Positions 28,284 to 37,240 of a stretch of 64,000 bases of DNA are shown one piece after another. Made by a program: the position numbers and the translations under genes. The notes under the pieces are model-generated. The model ran no database searches. It was not told where the DNA came from and was given only the letters and a program-made list of their open reading frames with translations. Positions within the stretch are counted from its first letter, which is position 1. Each line of letters starts with the position of its first letter. The stretch is taken from positions 2,397-66,396 of the forward strand of contig JANOPN010000198.1 in the NCBI GenBank assembly GCA_031421855.1, given 5' to 3'. The stretch is from Comamonadaceae bacterium (lineage in GTDB: Bacteria > Pseudomonadota > Gammaproteobacteria > Burkholderiales > Burkholderiaceae_C).

Positions 28284-29849
28284 TCAAAAATCAACTTCCA
28301 GACTGATTTTTGAGCCGCGCGACTTCGCCGCCCATTCGATCACTGCGTCCAGCACGGCGCGGGCGGTTTTGCCTTGGACTTTTTCATCGTTGAGCATGGC
28401 CACCACCACCAAGGGCTGGTCGGCTGCATCGCGCACATAGCCGGCCACGGCGTAGGCATTTCTGAGCGTTCCGGTTTTCATGCGGGCGCGCTCTTGGGCT
28501 GCGGTGTTTTTGAGCCGATTGCGCATGGTGCCATCCACCCCCACGATGGGCATGCTGGCTTGCAACTCGGGCGCCCACCGGCTCGCGCCGGCCACTTGCA
28601 AAACCTGGCCGAGCGTGCGGGCGCTGATGCGCTCGCTGCGCGACAAGCCGGAGCCATTGTCCAAAACCAAACCCGTGGTGTCGATTTGGTTGTCAGTCAT
28701 CCAGGCTTTGACGCTGGCTGCCGCCCGGTCGGCTGTGTGGTTCGCCCCCACGGCTGCAGACTGCGTTCCCAACGCCAAAAAGGTCATCCGGGTAATCGGA
28801 TTGTCGCTGATTTTGTTGATCTCGCGCAGCAGTTCAGACAAGGGGCGAGCGCTGCTGCTGGCCAAGATTTGTCCAGCTGGCAAAACCTCTGCGGGTGTCG
28901 CTTCGCGCACCGCGGCAGACCAAACACCGCCCATTTGCCGCCAAAGGCTCGCCAAAAAACCATGGGCAAACCGGGTGCGATCGAGCACGTTGAGCTGGGT
29001 TGATGCCTTGCAGTTGCGCGGAAAAGTGCCCGACAGCTTGACGGTTGCCGTGCCATTGGCTTCAACGACAACGGGCAAAACCCATCCGTTTTCCCAAGAC
29101 GGGCAGCTCGCGTCGATCAATTTGAAGTCACCAGTCAGCGCCACACCGGCAAGCGGCGGATCCATCGCCAAGCTCACGGTCGTCGAGGTCGATTGCAGGC
29201 GAACGCCCATCAAGTTCATGTTGAGCGAAAGTGCATCTGGCACGACGTTGTAGCGAAACTCGGGCGCTTCATCGAAGGGCGTGAGGCCCAAATCGGGCCG
29301 CGTCGGCGAGTAGTGCGAACGATCAATCACGACGGTGCCGCTGATCTCACGCACGCCAGAGTCCATCAAACTCTTGAGCCAACGATTCGTGGCTTCAACA
29401 TTCAACTCGGCATGTCCAACACCACGAATGACCGATGTCCCAGCCAATGCCGTGTTTGAGGCGTCAGCCGCACCCGACAAAGTGCCCCGCCACTCGACAC
29501 GCCCACGATGCAGTGGCCCCAAACGCTCCAAAGCGACCACGGATGTGATCAGTTTCATCGTCGAGCCGGGCTGCATCGGCACGTCCACGTTGTACGACAA
29601 CCTGGCTTGGGCGCGCCGATTGAGCGGTTGCACCAAAATCGACACCGAATTTAATGGTAGTTCAGCAGAGCTAATGAGAGCCAGAACGTCGGGTGGAAGG
29701 GCTGAGTTAGTGCGTGGTTCAGCATGCGACAGGGCCGAATGAGAGGTTGCGCACGCACCCAGTGCGCCAATGGCGGCCAACGCGGCTAAGCCAAACACCA
29801 TCCGGCCAGCACGCAACACAAACCGCCCGATCTGTCGAAGTAAAAACAT
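28284..29849 (-). CDS. dacB: D-alanyl-D-alanine carboxypeptidase/endopeptidase (PBP4, peptidase S13)
   Basis: SxxK (PGSTMKL), SxN (KISDNP) and KTG (RMKTGTL) motifs. Signal-like N-terminus MFLLRQIGRFVLRAGRMVFGLAALAAIGALGACA. ATG 29849 with AGGA 9 nt upstream. Confidence 0.88.
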   Translation of the reverse strand: MFLLRQIGRFVLRAGRMVFGLAALAAIGALGACATSHSALSHAEPRTNSALPPDVLALISSAELPLNSVSILVQPLNRRAQARLSYNVDVPMQPGSTMKLITSVVALERLGPLHRGRVEWRGTLSGAADASNTALAGTSVIRGVGHAELNVEATNRWLKSLMDSGVREISGTVVIDRSHYSPTRPDLGLTPFDEAPEFRYNVVPDALSLNMNLMGVRLQSTSTTVSLAMDPPLAGVALTGDFKLIDASCPSWENGWVLPVVVEANGTATVKLSGTFPRNCKASTQLNVLDRTRFAHGFLASLWRQMGGVWSAAVREATPAEVLPAGQILASSSARPLSELLREINKISDNPITRMTFLALGTQSAAVGANHTADRAAASVKAWMTDNQIDTTGLVLDNGSGLSRSERISARTLGQVLQVAGASRWAPELQASMPIVGVDGTMRNRLKNTAAQERARMKTGTLRNAYAVAGYVRDAADQPLVVVAMLNDEKVQGKTARAVLDAVIEWAAKSRGSKISLEVDF

Positions 29850-30065
29850 CGCTGTCAATCCTGTTGCGCTTACGCCTATCGGGGTAAACATGTGTGAAGA
29901 AATGAACACGTAACATTTCATAATGTAAGTCGTGCCACAAGCGCTGCGCCAATCGCCAAATTGCGACCCACCCGTCCCAATTTGAAGCAAGCGGCAAGGG
30001 AAACCATGAGCCGTTTGGCCCGACCTCCTTTCACATCACCCACTCGACCTCAAGGAAAAGACCAA

Positions 30066-32834
30066 GTGAAACTCAACAAAATTGCCCTAGCTGCAACACT
30101 GGGCTGCGCTGCCACCTCCGGTTTTGCGCAAACCGCCGATAACGCCCAAAAGCAAGAGCGAATCGAAATCACCGGGTCAAGCATCAAGCGCGTACAAGAT
30201 GCGACCGCCTTACCGATTCAGATCATTACCCGTGCCGACATCGAAAAAGCGGGCATCGTCAGCGCCGAGCAACTGATCGCCACAATCTCAGCCAATGGCA
30301 CCAGTGCCGATAACTTGAGCTCTAACGTCGGCATTCAGCTGGGCAGCTCCGACCGAAACAACAACGGCAACTCAAGCGCAAACTTGCGTGGGCTAGGTTC
30401 ATCCAGCACCTTGGTCTTGCTCAACGGTCGCCGCGTGTCGCTCCACGGCGCAAAAGGCAACTCGGTGGACTTGAATTCCATCCCGCTTGCTGCCGTTCGG
30501 CGTGTTGAGGTGTTGAAAGACGGCGCTTCCGCCATTTACGGCACGGACGCAATCGGCGGCGTGATCAACTTCATTTTGGAAAGCAACTTCCAAGGCGCGA
30601 CCGTCACCGGTTTTGTGGATGCCACACAGCACGGCGGCGGCAACATTTACCGCGGCTCGGTCACAGCGGGCACTGGTGACCTGGCCAAAGACAAATACAA
30701 CATCATGGGCAGCTTGACGATTGATCGCCAAGAAATTCTGAAACCAGACGATCGACGCAGTTTCGTCAATGGGTTCCAGCCCGAGCGCGGCTTGTCTCCG
30801 GACACCGCCGGCACACCTTACGCCACTCACACTGGCGGCGCCAACACCGCCATTGGTGCCAGCTATCGGCTACCAGCCACGGGCACACAAGCCTACACAC
30901 GCGCAAATTTATTGAGTTTTCAGGGTAAGTGCGACTCGGTCCCCGGACAGTCGCAGTATCAGTTTGTGCTTTGGGACACAGCCAGCTTTCGAAACGCCTG
31001 TGCCTTTGACTACGGTGGTTCAGCGATCCTGATTCAACCCATTGATCGCCTGAATTTGGTGACTCGTGGACGCTACGAGCTAAGCGGCGAACACGCGGTG
31101 ATTGCCGAATTGGTCGCCTCAACCACCAAAGCTGTGAAGCAGTTCGAGGCAAGCCAGCTGACAACCAGCATCGCCGCGGGCAATGCCTACCCAGTCAACG
31201 GACCGTACTACCAAGACCTGTCGGCATTCATTCCGACGTTTGACAAGACAAAACCAATTGCCTACCGCTGGCGCTGCACGATTTGCGGCGGTCGAACGAT
31301 TGAAACCGAGACTCGCGCCCATCGCTTGCTTGTCGGCATGGAGGGCGTGCTGGGCGCATATGACTACAAAGTGGGCCTATCGACCGCTGGCAGCGGCGCA
31401 GACTCAACGCTTGGGCGTGGTTACATGCGCAATACCGACAAAAACGGGGTTCCTGGCCTGAACAGCGTGCTGGGCTCTGGCATTTTGAACCCATGGTTGC
31501 TGCCAGGCCAGACGCAGACCGCTGCGGGTTTGGCTGCCTTGGACGGCGCGCGCGCCGACGGCACCAAGCTGTTTGGTGGACGCGCCAAACTTAGCCAGCT
31601 TGATGGCTCGATCTCGGGCGAGTTGATGAAGCTCCCGGCAGGCCCATTGGCATTTGCCGCGGGTGTCGATATGCGCAGCGAGAGCTACCAGTTCAGCAAC
31701 GCAGCAGTGACGACCGAAGTCATTCGTGATGCGCCGTTTGACCCAGAATTTGCCAAAGTGTCGCGCACCATCAAAGCCGTTTACGGCGAGTTGGCGATTC
31801 CGATCACCAAAACGCTGGAAACATCCCTTGCGATTCGGCACGACAAGTACAGTGATTTTGGTGGCACCACCAACCCCAAAATTTCGTTCAAGTTCTCGCC
31901 CATCAAGGAGCTCGCGTTCCGTGGCTCAGCCAACACCGGCTTTCGCGCACCAAGCTTCTTCCAGCTTTATGGCGCCACCAGTGAGTCACCTGTGCCAGGC
32001 AACGTTGCTGACCCAATTTTGTGCCCCCAACGCCCAGGCGACGTGACAGTGTGCGCGATCCGGCCTTTGGCTCGGTTTGGCGGAAACAAAGACTTGCAGC
32101 CCGAAACCGCCAAGCAACTCACGTTGGGCTTCGTGGTTGCGCCGACCGATTGGATGACGGCCAGCATCGACATGTGGCGCATCGCGCGGCGAGATCGCAT
32201 TTATGAGCTGACTCCACAGCAAGTTCTCGCCAATTACACGACCTTTCCCACGAACTTGGTTCGTGGAACCAATGGTTTGCTTGACGGTCCCGGCGGCTAC
32301 ATCCGCGCAGGCTTTGTCAACGCAGACGGAGACATTCTTCGTGGAACCGAGCTCAGCTTGGCATTCAACGGCAAGGTTGCAGGTGGCAAGTGGACAGCCA
32401 AACTCGACGGTACATACATCGACGAATTCAAGTCGCGGGTCTTCGTGACCGACAAATATGTCGACACCGTGGGGAAATGGAATTCACGCGATTTGTATGT
32501 CCGCTGGAAACACGGCGCAAGTGTGAGCTACGAGACAGGCCCTTGGAGCGTCACCGTGAGCCAGCAGTACACGTCAGGCTATAAAGACGAAGTGCCGTTC
32601 ACGCCACCACCGGGCTTCAGCCCAGATGTGAGCGCATACACAACTTACGGCGCGTCGGTGAGCTACACGGGCATCAAGAACGCGACGCTGCGTTTGGGTG
32701 TCAAAAACTTGTTTGATACCAAGCCACCGTTCACCGCGCACAATGTTGACTTCGCCTCCGGCGCTGGCTGGGATCCACGCGTAGGCGACCCCCGTTTGCG
32801 TGCCTTCACGTTTGGTGCAACCTACAAGTTCTAA
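30066..32834 (+). CDS. TonB-dependent outer-membrane receptor
   Basis: Signal peptide VKLNKIALAATLGCAATSGFAQ. Plug region ERIEITGSSIKR...RVEVLKDGASAIYGTDAIGGVINF. C-terminal FGATYKF. GTG 30066 follows AGGA; ATG 30006 is an alternative. Confidence 0.9.
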   Translation: MKLNKIALAATLGCAATSGFAQTADNAQKQERIEITGSSIKRVQDATALPIQIITRADIEKAGIVSAEQLIATISANGTSADNLSSNVGIQLGSSDRNNNGNSSANLRGLGSSSTLVLLNGRRVSLHGAKGNSVDLNSIPLAAVRRVEVLKDGASAIYGTDAIGGVINFILESNFQGATVTGFVDATQHGGGNIYRGSVTAGTGDLAKDKYNIMGSLTIDRQEILKPDDRRSFVNGFQPERGLSPDTAGTPYATHTGGANTAIGASYRLPATGTQAYTRANLLSFQGKCDSVPGQSQYQFVLWDTASFRNACAFDYGGSAILIQPIDRLNLVTRGRYELSGEHAVIAELVASTTKAVKQFEASQLTTSIAAGNAYPVNGPYYQDLSAFIPTFDKTKPIAYRWRCTICGGRTIETETRAHRLLVGMEGVLGAYDYKVGLSTAGSGADSTLGRGYMRNTDKNGVPGLNSVLGSGILNPWLLPGQTQTAAGLAALDGARADGTKLFGGRAKLSQLDGSISGELMKLPAGPLAFAAGVDMRSESYQFSNAAVTTEVIRDAPFDPEFAKVSRTIKAVYGELAIPITKTLETSLAIRHDKYSDFGGTTNPKISFKFSPIKELAFRGSANTGFRAPSFFQLYGATSESPVPGNVADPILCPQRPGDVTVCAIRPLARFGGNKDLQPETAKQLTLGFVVAPTDWMTASIDMWRIARRDRIYELTPQQVLANYTTFPTNLVRGTNGLLDGPGGYIRAGFVNADGDILRGTELSLAFNGKVAGGKWTAKLDGTYIDEFKSRVFVTDKYVDTVGKWNSRDLYVRWKHGASVSYETGPWSVTVSQQYTSGYKDEVPFTPPPGFSPDVSAYTTYGASVSYTGIKNATLRLGVKNLFDTKPPFTAHNVDFASGAGWDPRVGDPRLRAFTFGATYKF

Positions 32835-32861
32835 ACCAGGACGCGTTAGCACCACCCGATA

Positions 32862-32899
32862 AGCAGGGCGCTCGTAAGAGCGGCCCTGCTTTTTTTATT
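32862..32899 (+). terminator. Rho-independent terminator after the TonB-dependent receptor
   Basis: Hairpin AGCAGGGCGCTC-GTAA-GAGCGGCCCTGCT followed by TTTTTTTATT. Confidence 0.8.
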
Positions 32900-32920
32900 C
32901 CCTTTTCTGAGCCTTTGACG

Positions 32921-34018
32921 ATGCAAAACCGACGACAGGCCATCGCTGCGGTTGCGGCCACCGTGACGACTTTGGCTGGCTGCGCCGCACCCACTGCATC
33001 GGGCTTGGTGACCAAAGCTGCCAATCGACCCACGATCAAACCGCCACCTTTGCGTGCAGGCGACACGATCGGCCTCGTGGCGACGAGCGGTGTGCTGAAT
33101 CCGACTGGCGTGGCACAGCGTGTGTCCAACTTGGAGGGTATGGGCTTCAAGGTGCGCTTGAGTAAGCACTTACTCGCACGCTGGGGCGGCTATGCGGGCA
33201 CGGTTGAACAACGCTTAGACGACTTACATGCGATGTTTTCTGATGCCGATGTGCGCGCGGTTTGGGCTGCGCGTGGCGGCTCGGGCTTGAGTGCGCTTCT
33301 GCCGCACATTGACTATTCGCTGCTCGCCAAAAATCCAAAAATTGTTGTGGGCTACTCCGATGTCACGGCCCTGCACATGGCTTTGTACAGCCAAATTGGT
33401 CTGGTGAGTTTTCATGGCCCCACTGCGGGGTCGACGTTTTCAGAATTCAATGTGCGCAATCTCCGCGCCGTGCTCATGGGCGAATCGCGCGGCTACGCAA
33501 TGGGCCACGCGCCCGAGAATCTTGCCCGCGCGCTGACCGAGTCCGCCTTTAAGCCACGCACCCATGTGGCCGGTCGTGCCGTGGGCGCGCTCTTGGGCGG
33601 CAATTTGAGTGTGCTCGCCGCCTTGGTTGGCACACCGTATTTGACCCCGCTCGGCGGACACTTGCTTTTTTTAGAAGAGATCGACGAAGCCCCGTACCGG
33701 GTTGATCGGCTCATGCATCAGCTGCAGCAAAGCAACGCCCGTGGCCAACGGGCCTTAGGTGAGTTAGGCGGATCGAGCGGCTGCGCGGGTGTCATGGTCG
33801 GTGTTTTCAGCAAGTGCGAAGCTCGACCCGGCGACCAATCACTGAGCCTGCAAGAAGTATTGAGCGAACACTTGGACTCACTCGGTGTGCCAGCCGTGTC
33901 AGGGTACGGCGTTGGCCACATCGCCCACCAAATGACCCTACCCATTGGGATCACGGCCGAGCTCGACACGGCCAAGCAGCAACTGACGCTGCTGGAGTCG
34001 GCGACCGATGCGAGTTGA
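32921..34018 (+). CDS. ldcA: LD-carboxypeptidase (peptidase S66, LdcA family) with a predicted Tat/lipoprotein export signal
   Basis: VVGYSDVTALH nucleophile motif and the LFLEEIDEAPYRVDRLMHQL region. N-terminus MQNRRQAIAAVAATVTTLAGC has a twin-Arg plus a lipobox-like Cys. Confidence 0.82.
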   Translation: MQNRRQAIAAVAATVTTLAGCAAPTASGLVTKAANRPTIKPPPLRAGDTIGLVATSGVLNPTGVAQRVSNLEGMGFKVRLSKHLLARWGGYAGTVEQRLDDLHAMFSDADVRAVWAARGGSGLSALLPHIDYSLLAKNPKIVVGYSDVTALHMALYSQIGLVSFHGPTAGSTFSEFNVRNLRAVLMGESRGYAMGHAPENLARALTESAFKPRTHVAGRAVGALLGGNLSVLAALVGTPYLTPLGGHLLFLEEIDEAPYRVDRLMHQLQQSNARGQRALGELGGSSGCAGVMVGVFSKCEARPGDQSLSLQEVLSEHLDSLGVPAVSGYGVGHIAHQMTLPIGITAELDTAKQQLTLLESATDAS

Positions 34019-34020
34019 GC

Positions 34021-34090
34021 TACTATGTTTTTAGTAGCAACAAACTCAATGAATCCGGAGACCAAGTGCCGAAAAATCCTAAAATTCGAT
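34021..34090 (+). repeat. Family-A interspersed repeat, copy 9 (core ~34034-34068)
   Basis: TTTTTAGTAGCAACAAACTCAATGAATCCGGAGACCAAGTGCCGAAAAATCCTAAAATTCG. Lies between the convergent ldcA and AmpH-like genes and overlaps the latter's stop codon. Confidence 0.85.
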
Positions 34091-35503
34091 GCTGTAGCGA
34101 TGCAAAGCGGTCAAAATGCGCTCTTCGTAGCCAAAGAGCGATGAATAGCGGCCAGGGTCCGAGGCATCGGGGTTGAATCCGGGGCCACCGACCAAAAACA
34201 CCATGCCTGACTGTGTGCTGGGGTCAAGCACCAAGGCCGACGTCAATCCCCAAGCGTTACCCAAATGACCCATGCCTCGGTACCCGCCGGGGGCGATCAA
34301 GCGGTCGCCGCTTGGTGACTTGGTTGTGGTGACGCTGACGTCGGTGAAGTGTTGAACCCCCAAACCCCAGGCCCGCATGAGGCCGCCGTAGCTGTCGCCG
34401 TTGGCACGGCTACTCGATTGACCGCCTGCGGCCTCATTCATGCGCCACTGCGAACTCAACATCAGCGCAACTGTCTCAGGCTTCAAAAACAGCGCCCTGC
34501 CACCAGACGCACCATCTAGCACTTGCCCATTTGCAAGCAACATGCGCAGCACCACACCCAGACCGTTAGCCGACAGGCGCGCCCCACCCTGAGGCCCAAA
34601 AACCGTGCCGTTGCTACCAATGACGTAGCTCGGCCCCGCGCGAGGCACGGGCGCAGCACTCGAGTAGTCATCCACTTGTGGCACCCACGGGCCAGCAGGA
34701 TTCCAAACTTCTTTGCCGCTGACTTCGCTGCGTTTTCGGTACAAAGTGGCCAGTCGTTTCAGCTGGTCCGCTGGAAACGCGGCTGGGTTGAAGCCGCCTT
34801 CTATGCCAAGCGGCACAAAAACCAACTCGTGCATCAGCAAATCAAACCGCTTGCCACTGGCTCGCTCCATCACCGTGCCGATAACGCCCCACGGTAAGTT
34901 GGCGTACTGAAAGTACGCGCCCGGCTCGGCATTTTTGCCCCACATGGCACCCTTGCCATGCAGCGCGCCGCCCAACTGCAAGACATCGCGGATGTTTTTA
35001 CCCGCTTCCCAGTAGTAGTTCGCGTCGTCTCGCAACGACGAGGTATGGCTGAGCAACATCCGCAGCGTGATGGCTGTATCGGGAAAGTTCGGATTTCTAA
35101 GCGACCAACCCAAAACTTCGCTCACATCGGCATCGAGGGTCAATTGCCCCCGCTCAAGCATGCGCATCACGCCCAAGCTGGTGATCAGTTTGGAGATCGA
35201 TGCCACGCGGTAAAGCGTGTCAGACCCAGCCAAGACATCAGGGCGCCCCGCTCCACCCATCTGCGCGCGGCCAAAGCCGCCGCTATAGGCCACTTGGCCA
35301 GCTCGGACCGACAAAACCGCCAGACTCGCCAGCGGCTTGGTCGCATCATTGCAAATGGCAGTGAGCTCCGTGCTCAGCCCAAGAAGAGGCGAGTACACAA
35401 GTGTCGAAGGGTTAGCCTTGGGTTTTGGCGAGTTCATTTGAGCGCAACCTGACAAAGTTGCCGCCGCCGCGACAGAAAAGCAACGCCGATTGATGGGATT
35501 CAT
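34079..35503 (-). CDS. Beta-lactamase-fold serine hydrolase lipoprotein (AmpH/class-C-like DD-peptidase)
   Basis: SxxK (VASISKLITS) and YxN (YANLPWG). Lipoprotein signal MNPINRRCFSVAAAATLSGC. ATG 35503 forms an ATGA overlap with the upstream amidase stop. Confidence 0.8.
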   Translation of the reverse strand: MNPINRRCFSVAAAATLSGCAQMNSPKPKANPSTLVYSPLLGLSTELTAICNDATKPLASLAVLSVRAGQVAYSGGFGRAQMGGAGRPDVLAGSDTLYRVASISKLITSLGVMRMLERGQLTLDADVSEVLGWSLRNPNFPDTAITLRMLLSHTSSLRDDANYYWEAGKNIRDVLQLGGALHGKGAMWGKNAEPGAYFQYANLPWGVIGTVMERASGKRFDLLMHELVFVPLGIEGGFNPAAFPADQLKRLATLYRKRSEVSGKEVWNPAGPWVPQVDDYSSAAPVPRAGPSYVIGSNGTVFGPQGGARLSANGLGVVLRMLLANGQVLDGASGGRALFLKPETVALMLSSQWRMNEAAGGQSSSRANGDSYGGLMRAWGLGVQHFTDVSVTTTKSPSGDRLIAPGGYRGMGHLGNAWGLTSALVLDPSTQSGMVFLVGGPGFNPDASDPGRYSSLFGYEERILTALHRYSIEF

Positions 35504-36291
35504 TTCGTGGTCAACACATCTAATATGGCTGCGGTTTCGCCGTCCATCGCACCGTCGTAGCGAGTCGGTCGGTACTTCATTTGAAACGCCGCCACCACAT
35601 CTCGGGTCAATTTGTCGAATTCGCCATTGCTTGAGACTAAAAAACCATGTTTGGCCAGTTTGCCTTGAAACCATGCCACGTCGGGTAACTTGGCCGTGTA
35701 CATGGGCAGTTTGGCAGCGACGGCAGCAGCGTCTGGCCAAGGAATCAAGCCTTCATCTGCGAGGCGCTTCCACGGAAACTTTGGGCCAGGGTCGGTCTTG
35801 CGAGTCGGCGCGATGTCGCTGTGGCCGACGATGCGGTCGCCTCGAATGTTGTGGCGTTTGACGATGTCTTTGACCAGCTTCAGCACGGCCTCGACCTGAG
35901 CGGGCGGATAGTCAGCATAAGCAAACTGTCCTTGCGCGTTGGGTCGACCACCGCCGTTGACGATTTCGATGCCGATCGAGCTGGCGTTGAGCGAGGTGCT
36001 CCCCTGCCACGAGCTCACACCGGCATGAAAGGAGCGCCGCTCTTCGTCAACCAATTGGTAAATCTCAACAGGGTCGTCGCGCACCAAATAGTGGCTGCTC
36101 ACCGGCCCACCCGTGAGGGTTTTGAGCGACGAAGGAAAGTCGCCCCATGTGTAGTGAATGACCAAAAACTGCACGCGGCTGTCTTGGTTCTTCGACACAA
36201 AGGACTTATCAATTTTCAGATCGGTCGCGCATGCGCCTAAGCTGGCGATTGCGGCCACGGCGAGCAACTTCAAAAAGGATCGAATCAACAT
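35500..36291 (-). CDS. amiD: N-acetylmuramoyl-L-alanine amidase lipoprotein (Amidase_2, AmiD-like) with a C-terminal peptidoglycan-binding-like domain
   Basis: Lipobox AIASLGAC. VIHYTWGDF..SSHYLV...RSFHAGVSSWQG..LNASSIGIEIVN amidase_2 pattern. Confidence 0.82.
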   Translation of the reverse strand: MLIRSFLKLLAVAAIASLGACATDLKIDKSFVSKNQDSRVQFLVIHYTWGDFPSSLKTLTGGPVSSHYLVRDDPVEIYQLVDEERRSFHAGVSSWQGSTSLNASSIGIEIVNGGGRPNAQGQFAYADYPPAQVEAVLKLVKDIVKRHNIRGDRIVGHSDIAPTRKTDPGPKFPWKRLADEGLIPWPDAAAVAAKLPMYTAKLPDVAWFQGKLAKHGFLVSSNGEFDKLTRDVVAAFQMKYRPTRYDGAMDGETAAILDVLTTK

Positions 36292-36295
36292 GGTG

Positions 36296-37240
36296 TCAAG
36301 GCTCCAAAACGGGTGAAATCATGCCGCATGCAGCTAGTTTGGCTGCAGCTTGAGCCAGATTCAGCGGCATCGCACAGAGTACATCAGCGCCAGGATGCAC
36401 TTCACGAATGCGCGCCAAACAAGCTGACTGCACCCTAGGCAACTCGGTCAGTACCCGCCCAGCCAGTGCCAAGGGGCGAAGCCCGTGACTTCGAAACGAC
36501 GCGTTGACAAGTCGTGCCAGTTCTTGGCCGGCACGAGTCAAAATTTGCGCTGACATGACATCCGAATTTTGGGTTTGAGCAACCGCTAAAGTGAGTTTGG
36601 CCACACCGCCGCGCGCGTTAGCCAGCTCTTGCCCGTAGACAAGGGCACGAGTCGCCGCCCAGTCATCGCTGCCAATTTGCTCAAATATGGCATCAGCCAG
36701 CTGAGTTCTGGGCAGGGATTCGCCACTTTCTTCTTGCCGCCAAACCGCGCGAAGGGCTTCACAACCGATCCAAAATCCGCCACCAGCGTCGTCGAGCAAC
36801 GCGCCTCGACCACCGACCCGGTGCAAACGACCAGCGTGGTCCAAATGCGACGCATAGGACCCTGTGCCCGCGTAGAGCACATGTCCAAGACCCGCGCCAG
36901 ACGGAAAATGCACCTGATGGACCAAGGCCATGTCGCTGCGCAAGTGAATCGCATCCGGGTTGAGTCCAAAAGCCTGTGCGGTCATCGACGCGGCCAAAGC
37001 CGCATTTGACCCCGCCCCGGCCCCAGTCAGCCCGAAGAGCACGGCAGCCACAGGCTCCGCGCGCGGCAAGGCTGTTGCGATTGATTTCAGCACCGAGGCA
37101 AACTGCTCACGCCCGTCGCTTGAACTCAGCATCAAACCCGACAGCGTGCCCACCTCGCCATCCGCCAGCACCCGCCCGCCGCCGTTCGCAACCGCCCACC
37201 GCGTGGACGTACCACCGGCGTCGAGCCCCAGGCCAATCAC
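36296..37240 (-). CDS. BadF/BadG/BcrA/BcrD-type ATPase; probable GlcNAc/MurNAc kinase (MurK-like)
   Basis: N-terminal GLGLDAGGTSTRWAV phosphate-1 motif. GTG 37240 forms a GTGA overlap with the upstream stop. Sits in an operon with murQ and nagA. Confidence 0.7.
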   Translation of the reverse strand: MIGLGLDAGGTSTRWAVANGGGRVLADGEVGTLSGLMLSSSDGREQFASVLKSIATALPRAEPVAAVLFGLTGAGAGSNAALAASMTAQAFGLNPDAIHLRSDMALVHQVHFPSGAGLGHVLYAGTGSYASHLDHAGRLHRVGGRGALLDDAGGGFWIGCEALRAVWRQEESGESLPRTQLADAIFEQIGSDDWAATRALVYGQELANARGGVAKLTLAVAQTQNSDVMSAQILTRAGQELARLVNASFRSHGLRPLALAGRVLTELPRVQSACLARIREVHPGADVLCAMPLNLAQAAAKLAACGMISPVLEP

